From contig CAVOXA010000006.1 in NCBI GenBank assembly GCA_963700285.1, positions 32,001-96,000 of the forward strand: a stretch of 64,000 nt of DNA, written 5' to 3'. Within the stretch, counting starts at the first letter, position 1. Every line of letters begins with the position of its first letter. This DNA comes from an uncultured Chloroflexia bacterium (GTDB lineage: Bacteria; Chloroflexota; Anaerolineae; JAAYZQ01). Under the pieces are notes generated by a model that worked only from the letters and a program-made list of their open reading frames with translations, was not told the origin of the DNA and searched no databases. A program made the translations under genes and the position numbers. Of this stretch, positions 43,587-54,098 are shown in pieces.

Positions 43587-45782
43587 GATTGTGTCTGCGC
43601 CCTTCACCGGCAACCACACCATCTTTCTCTCCGGCCCGCCCGGCGCCGGCAAGACGACGCTGGCCGTGCAGCGCCTGCGCTACCTGCTGGCCCAGGGCAT
43701 CCCGGCCGAGCAGATCCTGATCCTGGTCCCGCAGCGCACGCTGGCCACGCCCTACTACGAGGCCCTGGCCAGCGCCGGACGCTCCGGCCGGCGGCACAGG
43801 TGGACGTGGCGACCGTGGGCGGCCTGGCCCGGCGCACCCTCGAACTGTTCTGGCCCCTGGTGGCCGGAACCGGCCGGCTTTGCCCAGCCCGACCACCCGC
43901 CCCGCTTCCTGACCCTGGAGACGGCCCAGTACTACATGGATCGCATCGTCGAGCCCTTTGTCAGCCGGCGGCGCCTTTGACGGCATCACCATCCCCCGCG
44001 CCCGGCTGGTGAGCCAGATCATCGACAACCTGAACAAGGCCGCCGCCGTCGGTTTTCCGCCGGACGAGATTGCCGCGCGGCTCAAGAGCGCCTGGAGCGG
44101 CGAATCGGCCCGGCTGCGCATCTACGACCAGGTCCAGGCCGTGGCCCTCGCCTTCCGCCGCACCTGCCTGGAAGAGAACCTGCTCGACTGGTCGCTCCAG
44201 ATCGAGGTCTTTTGGCAGCACCTGCTGCCCCTGCCCCAGTTCCGCCGCTACCTGCTGGGCGGCTACCGCCACCTGATCGTCGACAACACCGAGGAGGATA
44301 TCCCCGCCGCCCACGACCTGCTGCGGGTCTGGCTGCCGCTGTGCGAGTCGGCGCTGGTCGTCCACGACACCGACGGCGGCTACCGCGTCTTTCTCGGCGC
44401 CGACCCGACAGGGCGCCCTGGCCCTGGGCACGCGTCTGCCGCGAGCAGCGTCGTGCTGCCCAAATCGCACGTCACCACGCCGAGGTGGCGGCGCTGGGCC
44501 AGGGCTTGGCCGACGCCCTGGTACTCGGCCGGCGAGGCGCCCGGCCCTGCCGTCGCGCCAGCGCCATCGGAAGGGCGCGGATGCGGTCAAGGACCCCGGC
44601 CCGGAGGCGCGGCAGGCCCTGATCGCTTTCACCCACGTCGCTGCCGCTTCCACCCCCAGATGCTCGACTGGGTGGCCGAGCAAGTCTCGCGCCTGGTGCA
44701 TGGAGGAGGGCATGCCGCCGGGCGAGATTGCCATCCTGGCCCCTTTTCTCAGCGACGCCCTGCGTTTCTCTCTGACCGAAAAGCTGACCCGGCTACGACA
44801 TCCCCGTCCGCACCCACCGCCCCTCGCGCCAACTTGCGCGAGGAGCCGGCGGCCCGCTGCCTGCTGACCCTGGCCAAGCTGGCCCATCCCGCCTGGCGTC
44901 GCCCGCCGCCCGCCGCCGACGTGGCCCACGCCTTCGCTGCTGTCCATCGACCGACCTGGACCCGGTGCGCGCCCGCCTGCTGACCGACATCGTCTACCGG
45001 ATCCGCGACGGCCAGCCGGACCTTGACGCCCTTTTCACCAGATCGTGCCCGAGATGCAGGAGCGGATCAGCTACCTGTTGGGCGGACGTTACGACGAGTT
45101 GTGGCAATGGCTCCAGGGTTACGTCGAGAGCAAGCTGACGAGGCAGAACGGCCTGGACCACTTTCTGAGCCGGCTGTTTGGTGAGATCCTGTCGCAGCCC
45201 GGCTTTGGCTTCCACCGCGATTTCGACGCCGGGGCCGTCGGCCGCCAACCTCATCGAATCGATGCAGAAATTCCGCCAGGGCTGCTCGCCTCTCGCCCAG
45301 AGAGAGGGCCCGAAGGCGCGCAGGCGCAGGCGATTCAACCTGGGCCTGGAGTACGTCGACCTGGTCGAGCGCGGCGTCGTGGCCGCCCAGTACGTGTCGA
45401 GCTGGAGGATCCAGCCTCCGAGGATGCCGTGCTGCTGGTGCCGGCCTACACCTTCCTGATGATGAACCAGCCGGTCACGGTCCAGTTCTGGCTCGACGCC
45501 GGCAGCCGGGCCTGGTTCGAGCGCATCTACCAACCCCTGACCCATCCCTACGTCCTGCGCCGCGACTGGGACCCGAGGACGAGGTCTGGGCCGACGAGGA
45601 CGAGGTCCGCGTCCGCGACGAGGCCCTGGGCCGCCTGGTCCTGGGCCTGACCCGTCGCTGCCGCCAGCGCGTCTACCTGGCCTACAGCGAGCTGAACGAG
45701 CGGGGCTACGAGCAGCAGGGCCCGCTGCTGCAGGCCGTGCAGCGCCTGCTGCGGCAGCAGCCAGAGGGAGGCCGGCCAGTGA
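43576..45782 (+). CDS. UvrD-like helicase-fold protein with degenerate Walker B (AddB/AdnA/RecC-like), frameshifted
   Basis: GPPGAGKTT, ILILVPQR, LIVDNTEED in place of DExQD, C-terminal LGLTRRCRQRVYL. Confidence 0.75.
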
Positions 45783-48072
45783 CCGACTTCCGGCCCCGCC
45801 CCGGCCAGCAAGAGGTCCTGGCCTATACCGGCGGCAAGATGGGCATCTCGGCCGTGCCGGGCAGCGGCAAGACCCACACCCTGGCCGAGCTGGCCGCCCA
45901 ACTCGTCGCCGACAGCCGTGGGCGACGACCAGGAGGTCCTGGTCGTCACCCTGGTCAACTCGGCGGTGGACAATTTTAAGCAGCGCATCAACGAGCTCGA
46001 TCCAGGCAGCGCGGGCTGCTGCCCAACTTTGGCTACCGGGTGCGCACCCTGCACGGCCTGGCCCACGACATCGTCCGCGAGCGGCCCGGCCTGGTGGGCC
46101 TGTCCGAGGATTTTGGCATCATCGACGAGCGCGAGGCCGACGCCGTGCGCGAGGACGCCGTGCGAAGCCTGGCTCCGCGCCCATCCCGACGCCGCCGAGG
46201 CCTATCTCGCCCTGCGACCTGGAAGGCGAACCGCGCCGAGTGGGTCAAGCGCAGCCCGCTGGCCCTCCCTGGTCCGCAGCGTGGCCGCGGCCTTTATCAA
46301 GCGGGCCAAGGATCTGCAGCTCGCGCCCGAGGTGCTGCTGGAGCGCTTGCGCCTGCGCGACGAGCAGTCGCCGCGAGCCGGTGGGCCTGCCCGCCCTGCC
46401 CCTGGCCCGCATGGGCGCCGAGATCTATGCCGACTACCAGCGCAGCCTGGCCTACCGCGGCGTCGTCGACTTTGACGACCTGATCCGCCTGGCCCTGGAA
46501 GCCCTGCGCCGCGACGAGGACTACTTGGCGCGCCTGCGGCAGCGCTGGCCCTACGTGCTGGAGGACGAGGCCCAGGATTCCAGCGAGCTGCAGGAAAAGA
46601 TCCTGCGCCTGCTGGTCGGGCGAGGGCGGCAACTGGGTCCGCGTCGGCGACCCCAACCAGGCCATCTATGACACCTTTACCAACGCCAATCCCCGCTTCC
46701 TGCGCAACTTTCTGGAAGAAGCCGGCGTGCAGGCCGTCACCCTGCCCGAATCGGGGCGCTCCCAGCCGGCCATCATCGAGCTGGCCAACTACCTGGTGGA
46801 TTGGACCGTGGCCGAGCATCCCACGCCCGCGGCCCGCGGCGCCTTTCTGCCGCCAGCACATCGAGCCCACCGGCCCCGGCGACCCCCAGCCCAACCCGCC
46901 CGCCGAGCCGGCTGCCGTACACCTGGCCGACCGGGAGTTCACCCCCGAGCAGGAACTTGCAGGCCGTGGCCGACTCGCTGGCACGCTGGCTGCCCGACCA
47001 TCCCGATGCCAACGTGGCCGTACTGGCCCCCGCAACGAGCGCGGCTTTGAGTTGATCGAGCCTGCTCAAGCAGCGGGACATCCCCTACGTCGAACTGCTG
47101 CGCTCGACCAGCATCACCCGCCAGACGGCCGGCGCCCTGGGCAACCTGCTGCGCTGCCTGGCCGACCCGACCTCGGCCCGCAAGCTGTCGGTCGCCTTCC
47201 AGGTCTGGCGCCGCGACGACCGGGATGACCCCGAGGCCAAGGCCCTGATCGAAGCCGGCAGCCAAGCGGATCCGCGGCTGCCCGGCCGTCGAGGCCTACC
47301 TCTGGCCCCGGGCCGACCACGACTGGCTGGCGCCGCTCGAGTGCGCCGAGCTGCCGGGCGAGGAGCTGCGCCCTGCTGGTCGGTTTCCGCGAGGTGGCCC
47401 GGCGCTGGCACCGCGCCGCCATGCTGCCCATCGACCAACTCATCCTCACCCTGGCCAACGACCTGTTCCGGAACCGGCGGAGCTGGCCCTGGCCCACAAG
47501 CTGGCCGTGCTGCTGCGCGACGTCGCCGCGGCGCACCCCACCTACCGCCTGGCCGAGTTGGTGGAGGAACTGGCCGTCATCGCCCGCAACGAGCGGCGCT
47601 TCCTGGGCTTTTCCAGCGAGGACACCGGCTTTGAGCCGCCCACAGGCAAGGTCACCGTGGCGACCATGCACAAGGCCAAGGGGCTGGAGTGGGACCGCGT
47701 CTACCTGACTGTCGGTCAACAACTATGACTTTCCCTCGGGCCAGTCCCACGACACCTACATCGCCGAGCGCTGGTTCGTGCGCGACAGCCTGAACCTGGA
47801 GGCGGAGGCCCTGGCCCAACTGGAGGTACTGGCACGAAGCTCCCACGGGTGGTACTAGGTACGTTGAGGGTGAAGCCACCCGGGAGGCCCGCCTGGGCTA
47901 TGTGGCCGAGCGGCTGCGCCTGCTTTACGTGGGCATCACCCGGGCCAGGCGGGATCTGATCGTCACCTGGAACACGGGGCGCGGCCGGGTAAAGCGCCAG
48001 CCGTCGGCGCCCTTTGTCGCCCTCCATCAATACTGGCGCGAGGCGACGGGCCAGGACCCGGAGAGCGAATAG
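45779..48072 (+). CDS. ATP-dependent SF1 DNA helicase (UvrD/AddA-like), frameshifted
   Basis: [59 protein letters not shown]; RBS GGAGG before GTG. Confidence 0.88.
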
Positions 48073-48081
48073 GAGCCGAGG

Positions 48082-48905
48082 ATGTCACTGCCCGCTACGT
48101 TCCAGTTCAGCCAGGCAAAGCTGCAAGATTATGTCGACTGTCCGCGCCGCTTCCAACTGCGCCACGTGCTGATGCAGCCCTGGCCGGCGCTCATCGTCGA
48201 GCCGCCGGAGGAGGCGGAGCGGCACCGGGACCGCGGCCGCGATTTTCACCTGCTGGCCCACCAGTACACCCTGGGCCTCGACCCCCAGGAGCTGGAGGCG
48301 ACCATGGACGACCCGGTCCTGCTCCAGTGGTGGCAGACCTTCCTGGCCAACCCGCCGGCGGATCTGCCCGAGGCACTGCGCCGCTCGGAAGTGGTCCTCA
48401 CCGCCCCGCTGGGCAACTACCGGCTCGTCGCCAAGCTGGACCTGCTGGCCGTCGAGCCGGGCCAGCGCTTTCTGATCGTCGACTGGAAGACGGTGGCCAG
48501 AGTGCCGAGCGCGCCACCCTGGCCCGGCGGCTCCAGACCCGCGTCTATCGCTACCTGGCCGTCGAGGCGGGGGCAGCCTTCAACGAGGGGCGCAACCCGG
48601 ACCCGGAGAAGGTGGAGATGGTCTACTGGTTCGCCGAGGCCGGCGGCGAGTGCCAGCGCTTCCTCTACGACGCCGCCCAGCACGGGGCCGATGGCCAGTA
48701 CCTGGCCGGGCTCGTCCAGGGGATCGAGGCCCGCGACGAGGAACCCTGGCCCCTGACGCTGGATGATCGCTCCTGCCGCTTTTGCAACTACCGCTCCCTC
48801 TGCGACCGCGGCGTGGTGCCTGGCTTTCTGGAGGATCTGGCCGACGATCTGGAGCCGGACGAGGTAGAGATCGACCTGGAACAGATCGCCGAAATTGAGT
48901 TTTGA
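48082..48905 (+). CDS. Stand-alone PD-(D/E)XK nuclease with Fe-S cysteines (AddB/Cas4-like), frameshift near 48505
   Basis: FSQAKLQDYVDCPRRF, GRDFH, AKLDLL, IVDWKT, QTRVY, CRFCNYRSLC. Confidence 0.88.
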
Positions 48906-48964
48906 TGCCACTTTGGCGTATAGTGGCTGTATCCACACCTCCTCAGGGCAATCGCATCTAAATC

Positions 48965-49082
48965 CTGTCATTGCGAGGGAACCGAAGCAATCTTCCCTTG
49001 AAAACGTAGAGATCGCTTTCCTGTCGCTTTGCTCAGGACAGGCTGTCGCTCGCAAGAGGCGCTCGCTTCTCGCGATGACAGG
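48965..49082. repeat. REP-like element family A with nested CTCAGGACAGGC module
   Basis: CTGTCATTGCGAGG..GAAGCAATCT...GAGATCGCTT...CTCGCGATGACAG. Confidence 0.8.
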
Positions 49083-49161
49083 TGGCAAGTTCAGTGATTA
49101 TCACGCCTTTTCAGGTGCCTCAATTAAGATGCGATTGCCCTGCATACCTCCTGGGAATGTG

Positions 49162-49190
49162 TTGACACTGATGTGGGCCGGTGGTATAAT
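49162..49190 (+). promoter_or_regulatory. Perfect-consensus sigma70 promoter upstream of hicBA-recJ
   Basis: TTGACA-17bp-TATAAT with extended TG. Confidence 0.8.
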
Positions 49191-49278
49191 CAGGCATAGG
49201 CTAGATGGCCTGCGTCGTATACGGTAGCGCGGACCGTCCCGCACATGCTGGTACAGGCTCGTCCAGGAGGTAGCCCAT

Positions 49279-49521
49279 ATGCACAAGAATTTTAAGATCA
49301 TCGTGGAAAAGCACGCTGATGGCTACATAGCCTATCCCCTCGGGATCATGGGCGTTGTCGTGGGCGAGGGTGATACGTACGAAGAAGCCCTGGCTGACGT
49401 GAAATCTGCGATCAAGTTCCACATCGAAACATTTGGGCCAGAGATACTCCAGGTTGATCCACCTGTCTTGGAGGCATTTGTGGCAGAGGCCGGGGTGGCG
49501 TATGCAGGAACTGCGGCCTGA
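49279..49521 (+). CDS. hicB: HicB family antitoxin, short form
   Basis: IIVEKHADGYIAYPLG..GVVVGEGDTYEEALADVKSAIKFHIE; RBS AGGAGG. Confidence 0.88.
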   Translation: MHKNFKIIVEKHADGYIAYPLGIMGVVVGEGDTYEEALADVKSAIKFHIETFGPEILQVDPPVLEAFVAEAGVAYAGTAA

Positions 49522-49760
49522 TGTCCAGGTTTCCCGTTGATGCCCCCAAGCATCGGGTTGTCAGAGCATTCGAAAGCCTGGGCTTCCAAGTGGTTCGTGA
49601 AGGCAACCACATCGCCATGAGACGTGAGAACCCGGACGGAACAGAAACTCCTCTCACGATGCCCAACCATCGACGGATAAAAGGAGCAACACTGCGGGCG
49701 ATTTGCACGCGGGCCGGGATCGGTAGAGAGGATTTCTTGAGGGCCTATGATCTGACCTGA
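49521..49760 (+). CDS. hicA: HicA family toxin (mRNA interferase)
   Basis: VVRAFESLGFQVVREGNHIAM...MPNH..IKGATLRAI. Confidence 0.88.
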   Translation: MSRFPVDAPKHRVVRAFESLGFQVVREGNHIAMRRENPDGTETPLTMPNHRRIKGATLRAICTRAGIGREDFLRAYDLT

Positions 49761-49786
49761 GGTGTCTCTATGCCCTTCAGCCCAAC

Positions 49787-52117
49787 ATGGTAGACCAACT
49801 CCGGACTCGGTGGCTCGATCCCCCAACCGTCGACGTGCCTGAAAGCCTGCGTGACGCCGTAGGCGGAATTCCGCTGGTGGCCGAGACGCTGGCCCGTCGC
49901 GGCCTCCTCACCCCTGAGGCAGCCCGGGCCTTCCTCGACCCGGCCTTCTACACGCCCGCCGATCCTGCCGACCTGCCCGATCTGGCCCTAGCCGTCGGGC
50001 ACTTGCGGGAGGCTGCCCGCAAGGGCGACCGCATCGCCATCTGGGGCGACTTTGACGCCGACGGCCAGACGGCGACGGCCCTGTTGTGGGAGACGCTGCT
50101 GGCCCTGGGCGCGGATGCCGTCTACCGCGTGCCGACCCGTCAGGAGGGGCACGGCCTGCACAGCGAGGGCCTGGAGCGGCTGATCGAGGAGGGCGCCCGC
50201 CTGATCCTGACCTGCGATACGGGCGTCACGGCCCACGATGCCATCGTCCATGCCCGCCGGCTGGGGGGCGAGGTGATTGTCACCGACCATCACGTGCCCG
50301 GCGAATCGCTGCCCGCGGCCCTGGCCGTCGTCAACCCCCACCGCCTGCCGCCCGGCCACCCTTTGGGTACGCTTCCCGGCGTGGGCGTGGCCTACCAGGT
50401 GGCCAGGGTCCTGGACACGGAGACAGCCGAGCGGGGGCTAGACTTGGTCGCCCTGGGAACCGTGGCCGACGTGGCGACGCTTACGGGCGACACCCGCTAC
50501 CTGGTCCAGCGCGGCATCGAGGCACTGCGGCAGACGCAGCGGCCCGGGCTGCAGGCCATCTACGAGGCCGCCGGCCTTCGAGCCGAGGGGATCACCGAGG
50601 AACATGTCGGCTTTGTGCTGGGTCCGCGCCTCAACGCGCTGGGCCGCCTGGCCGACGCCTCGCTCGGCGTGGAACTGCTGACCACAAAAGATCTGCTCCG
50701 CGCCCGGCTGCTGGCCACCGAAGTGGAGGGCCTGAATGCCCAGCGGCAGTGGCTGACCAAGCAGGTGACCGATGCCGCTCTGGCCCAGATCGAGCGTGAG
50801 CCGCGGCTGTTGAACGACTACCAGGCCCTGGTGCTCAGCCACCCTGCCTGGCCCGGTGGCATCATTGGTATCGTGGCCGGACGGCTGGCCGAGCGCTTTG
50901 GCAAGCCCGCTGTCCTCTTTTCCGAACCGCCTGGGGAAATCGCCCGGGGCTCGGGGCGCTCCATTCCCGGTTTGGACCTCATCGCGGCCATCACCGACTG
51001 CCAGGATCTGCTGCTGAGCTATGGCGGCCACGCCGGGGCGGCAGGGTGCAGCCTGGGGGCGGACCGGATCCCCGAGTTTCGCACCGCGCTTTCGCGGGCT
51101 GTCGGGGCGCGCATGGAAGGGGTCTCCGAACCGGCGCTCCTCATCGACGCCTACGTCGAATTGCCCGACCTGTCCCTGGAGCTGGTGGCCGAGATCAACC
51201 GCCTGGCGCCCTTTGGCGCGGGCAACCCGCCCCTGAACCTGGTCGCGCGCGACCTGGAAGTGCTGAGCCAGGCCACCATCGGGCGCAGAGACGAGCACCG
51301 CCGCGTCACGGTGCAGGACTCGCACGACCGTACGCAGACGGTCTTTTGGTGGCAGGGTGTGGACTGGCCACTGCCGCAGGGCCGTTTCGACCTGGCGCTC
51401 ACGCTTCGGGCCAACGATTATCGCGGCGCGGCCGAGGTTCAGGTCGAATGGTTGGCTGCCCGCGAGCTGGAAACGGCCCCCGTTGAGGTGAGGGCCACCA
51501 TCCCCGTGCGCGACCACCGCGACGCCACAGACCCGCTAGGGCTGCTGCGCGAGTTGGCAGCCGAGGGCGATCTCCAGGTATGGGCTGAGGACCTGCCCCC
51601 GGTGCGAGCCGGGGGTCAAAGTACGGCCGGCATCGACTCTCGGAGACGCCACGAGCTGGAGCCCGGGCCGCGGCTGGCCATCTGGACTGCGCCGCCGGGG
51701 CCCGGCGTATTGCGTGTCGCGCTGGAACGCGCCAGGCCGCAGGAGATCATCCTCTTTGCCCGTGATCCGCACCTGGACGAGGTACCGCTATTCCTGGAGA
51801 GGCTGGGCGGGCTGGTCAACTATTCGCTGGCTAGGCTTGGTGGGGAGATGGATCTGCAACGCGCGGCGGGGGCCACGGCGCAGAGGGTCAGCGCAGTGCA
51901 GGCGGGCCTGGAGCTGCTGGCCGCCCAGGGAAAGGTGGCTATCGTGGGCAGGGGCGAGGATGCCTGGCGGCTGGGCCCAGCCAGAACGGGGGACCTGGGT
52001 AGCTTGCAGGAGTCTGTACCGATTGCCCGGGCCCGTCTGGAGCGGGTATTGGACGAGACCGCTGCCTACCGTAGACACTTTCGGACCGCACCAGCAGAAT
52101 CGCTGGCCAGGCGCTGA
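49787..52117 (+). CDS. recJ: Single-stranded-DNA-specific exonuclease RecJ with C-terminal extension
   Basis: WGDFDADG, TCDTG, VTDHH, LGTVADV, PRLNALGRL, GSGRS, GGHAGAAG, APFGAGN. Confidence 0.96.
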   Translation: MVDQLRTRWLDPPTVDVPESLRDAVGGIPLVAETLARRGLLTPEAARAFLDPAFYTPADPADLPDLALAVGHLREAARKGDRIAIWGDFDADGQTATALLWETLLALGADAVYRVPTRQEGHGLHSEGLERLIEEGARLILTCDTGVTAHDAIVHARRLGGEVIVTDHHVPGESLPAALAVVNPHRLPPGHPLGTLPGVGVAYQVARVLDTETAERGLDLVALGTVADVATLTGDTRYLVQRGIEALRQTQRPGLQAIYEAAGLRAEGITEEHVGFVLGPRLNALGRLADASLGVELLTTKDLLRARLLATEVEGLNAQRQWLTKQVTDAALAQIEREPRLLNDYQALVLSHPAWPGGIIGIVAGRLAERFGKPAVLFSEPPGEIARGSGRSIPGLDLIAAITDCQDLLLSYGGHAGAAGCSLGADRIPEFRTALSRAVGARMEGVSEPALLIDAYVELPDLSLELVAEINRLAPFGAGNPPLNLVARDLEVLSQATIGRRDEHRRVTVQDSHDRTQTVFWWQGVDWPLPQGRFDLALTLRANDYRGAAEVQVEWLAARELETAPVEVRATIPVRDHRDATDPLGLLRELAAEGDLQVWAEDLPPVRAGGQSTAGIDSRRRHELEPGPRLAIWTAPPGPGVLRVALERARPQEIILFARDPHLDEVPLFLERLGGLVNYSLARLGGEMDLQRAAGATAQRVSAVQAGLELLAAQGKVAIVGRGEDAWRLGPARTGDLGSLQESVPIARARLERVLDETAAYRRHFRTAPAESLARR

Positions 52118-52346
52118 AGCGCCTACTACGAACGGTTCGCGCTCCCAGGTACTTGCGCGTTCGTCTGCTTCGGACCGCACCAGCAGAATCGCTGGCCAGG
52201 CGCTGAAGCGCCTACTACGAACGGTTCGCGCTCCCAGGTACTTGCGCGTTCGTCTGCTTCGGACCGCACCAGCAGAATCGCTGGCCAGGCGCTGAAGCGC
52301 CTACTACGAACGGTTCGCGCTCCCAGGTACTTTCGCGTTCGTCTGC
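52079..52346 (+). repeat. Three tandem 89-bp copies of the recJ 3' end plus a REP arm
   Basis: TTCGGACCGCACCAGCAGAATCG... at 52080, 52169, 52258; each contains GCGCTGAAGCGCCTACTACGAAC, whose near-inverse lies at about 52383-52406. Confidence 0.92.
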
Positions 52347-52397
52347 AAAACTGCAAAAGTGCCGGCCACAGCCGAGGGCCTGTTCGTAGTGCGCGCT

Positions 52398-53624
52398 TCA
52401 GCGCGCCTCTCCGGACACCAGGCCGTACGTATCGCGGGCAATGGCCAGCTCTTCGTTGGTGGGTACGATCAGCACCCTGACCCTGGATTCCGGCGCCGAT
52501 GCCTCGACCATCTCGCCCGCCGCCCTGCGCGCCCGGACGCCCTCTATGCCCAAGAATTCCAGGCCCTGGCACGACCACTCGCATACCTCGCAAAAGTTTT
52601 CGCCCACGCCGCCGGTGAATACAACACAGTCCAATCCGCCCATCGCCGCGGCATAGGCGCCAATGTAGCGTTTGATGCGGAAGGTATAGTGTTTCAGTAC
52701 GAGCAACGAGCGCTCATAGTTGGGGTGCTGCGGGCCGGCGTGGATGGCCTCCTCAAAGACGCGCATGTCGCTGGACAGTTCTGACAATCCCAGCACACCG
52801 CTCTCCTTGTTCAGCAGGCGGTTGATGCCCGCCGCGTCCAGGCCTTCTTCATCCATCAAGAAAGGGACAATGGCCGGATCGAGGTCGCCACAGCGCGTAC
52901 CCATGACCAGGCCCTCCAGCGGTGTGAAGCCCATGCTGGTCATGATTGACTGCCCGCGCTCCACTGCCGTGATGCTGGCCCCGTTGCCCAGGTGACAGGT
53001 CAAGATCTTGAGCTCCGCCAGAGGCCGGCCCAGGTACTCGGCCGCTCGCTGGGCCACGTACTTGTGCGACGTGCCGTGGAACCCATAGCGACGGATGCCA
53101 TATTCTCTGTAAAAGCGGTAAGGCAGGGCATAGAGGTAGGCGGGAGGCTCCATCGTTTGATGGAAGGCCGTGTCAAAGACGGCCACCTGGGGCAGATCGG
53201 GCAGCAGGCTGCGAATCGCCTCGATGCCCTGGATGTTGGGCGGATTGTGCAGCGGCGCCAAGGGGACGTTGGCATAGAGAGCTTTCATCACCTCGTCTGA
53301 GATCAGGACCGATTCGGCAAACTGCTCGCCGCCATGGACCACCCGATGGCCGACGGCGTCCAGGTCTGTGCCTCTGGTCAGCACCCCCTGGTCGGGGTCC
53401 ACCAACGTGTGCAGCACCACCTGGATAGCGTCCTTGTGGTCCTGTACGGGCAGCGCTGACCTGACCCATTTCTCATGACCGGGCCGCCTGTGGGTCATGC
53501 AAGGACTGCCCAGCCCGACCTCCTCAACGAGACCACTGGCAAGCACCGTCTCCTCCCTACCCTCCAGGTCAAAGAGTTGGTACTTGACCGACGAACTGCC
53601 GCAGTTTAGAACCAGGATCTTCAT
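52398..53624 (-). CDS. ackA: Acetate kinase
   Basis: MKILVLNCGSSSVKYQL, GHRVVHGG, LAPLHNP, FDTAFH, YGFHGTSH, HLGNGAS, MGTRCGD, PTNEE. Confidence 0.97.
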   Translation of the reverse strand: MKILVLNCGSSSVKYQLFDLEGREETVLASGLVEEVGLGSPCMTHRRPGHEKWVRSALPVQDHKDAIQVVLHTLVDPDQGVLTRGTDLDAVGHRVVHGGEQFAESVLISDEVMKALYANVPLAPLHNPPNIQGIEAIRSLLPDLPQVAVFDTAFHQTMEPPAYLYALPYRFYREYGIRRYGFHGTSHKYVAQRAAEYLGRPLAELKILTCHLGNGASITAVERGQSIMTSMGFTPLEGLVMGTRCGDLDPAIVPFLMDEEGLDAAGINRLLNKESGVLGLSELSSDMRVFEEAIHAGPQHPNYERSLLVLKHYTFRIKRYIGAYAAAMGGLDCVVFTGGVGENFCEVCEWSCQGLEFLGIEGVRARRAAGEMVEASAPESRVRVLIVPTNEELAIARDTYGLVSGEAR

Positions 53625-53869
53625 TGTAAAACCGCCTTGTTTACTCCTCTTGTCCATGGCTGTCATAGCCGGCTATGTACCGGGCCGCAGGAACCCGCTG
53701 CGGTCGCAAAAATGACTGTGTAGAAAAAGACAGAGGAACACCCGAGCTGGTACCTGGTCGCCAGCCTCTGGCCTTCCTCTGTCAGTGCCTGAGTTCCGCT
53801 GACGCCGTTGTCGCTTCCCTCTCGGCGCTATAGTCTGAAAAAGACTGTAACAAGTCCGATTGTGCGCAG

Positions 53870-53898
53870 AGTGTAGCACAATCGCCTTTGGCTGTCAA
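53870..53898 (-). promoter_or_regulatory. Putative ackA promoter
   Basis: TTGACA-17bp-TACACT with extended TG. Confidence 0.55.
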
Positions 53899-54098
53899 AA
53901 TCTCATTCCGGAAAAACCAGTGCCGAGTGGTATCACGCCACCGCTTGTGCCGGGCCAGGGCTGACCACGCATATAACAACAGATCTCAGGATTGAGCGGA
54001 TTCTTCGCATAGCCTAAGCTTTGTCAAAGAAGCTGTTGTTTTCCGTGATCTTTTGTTGTACTGACTATGCGAAGTGGCCGGCGGGCCGGCGCTTTCTG

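Noticed and set aside
48082-48905. cas4 of a CRISPR-Cas locus
   Set aside because: There is no array or other cas gene, and the context is helicases and recJ.
52079-52346. Possible CRISPR array
   Set aside because: Whole 89-bp units repeat with no unique spacers, and no cas1/cas2 is present.
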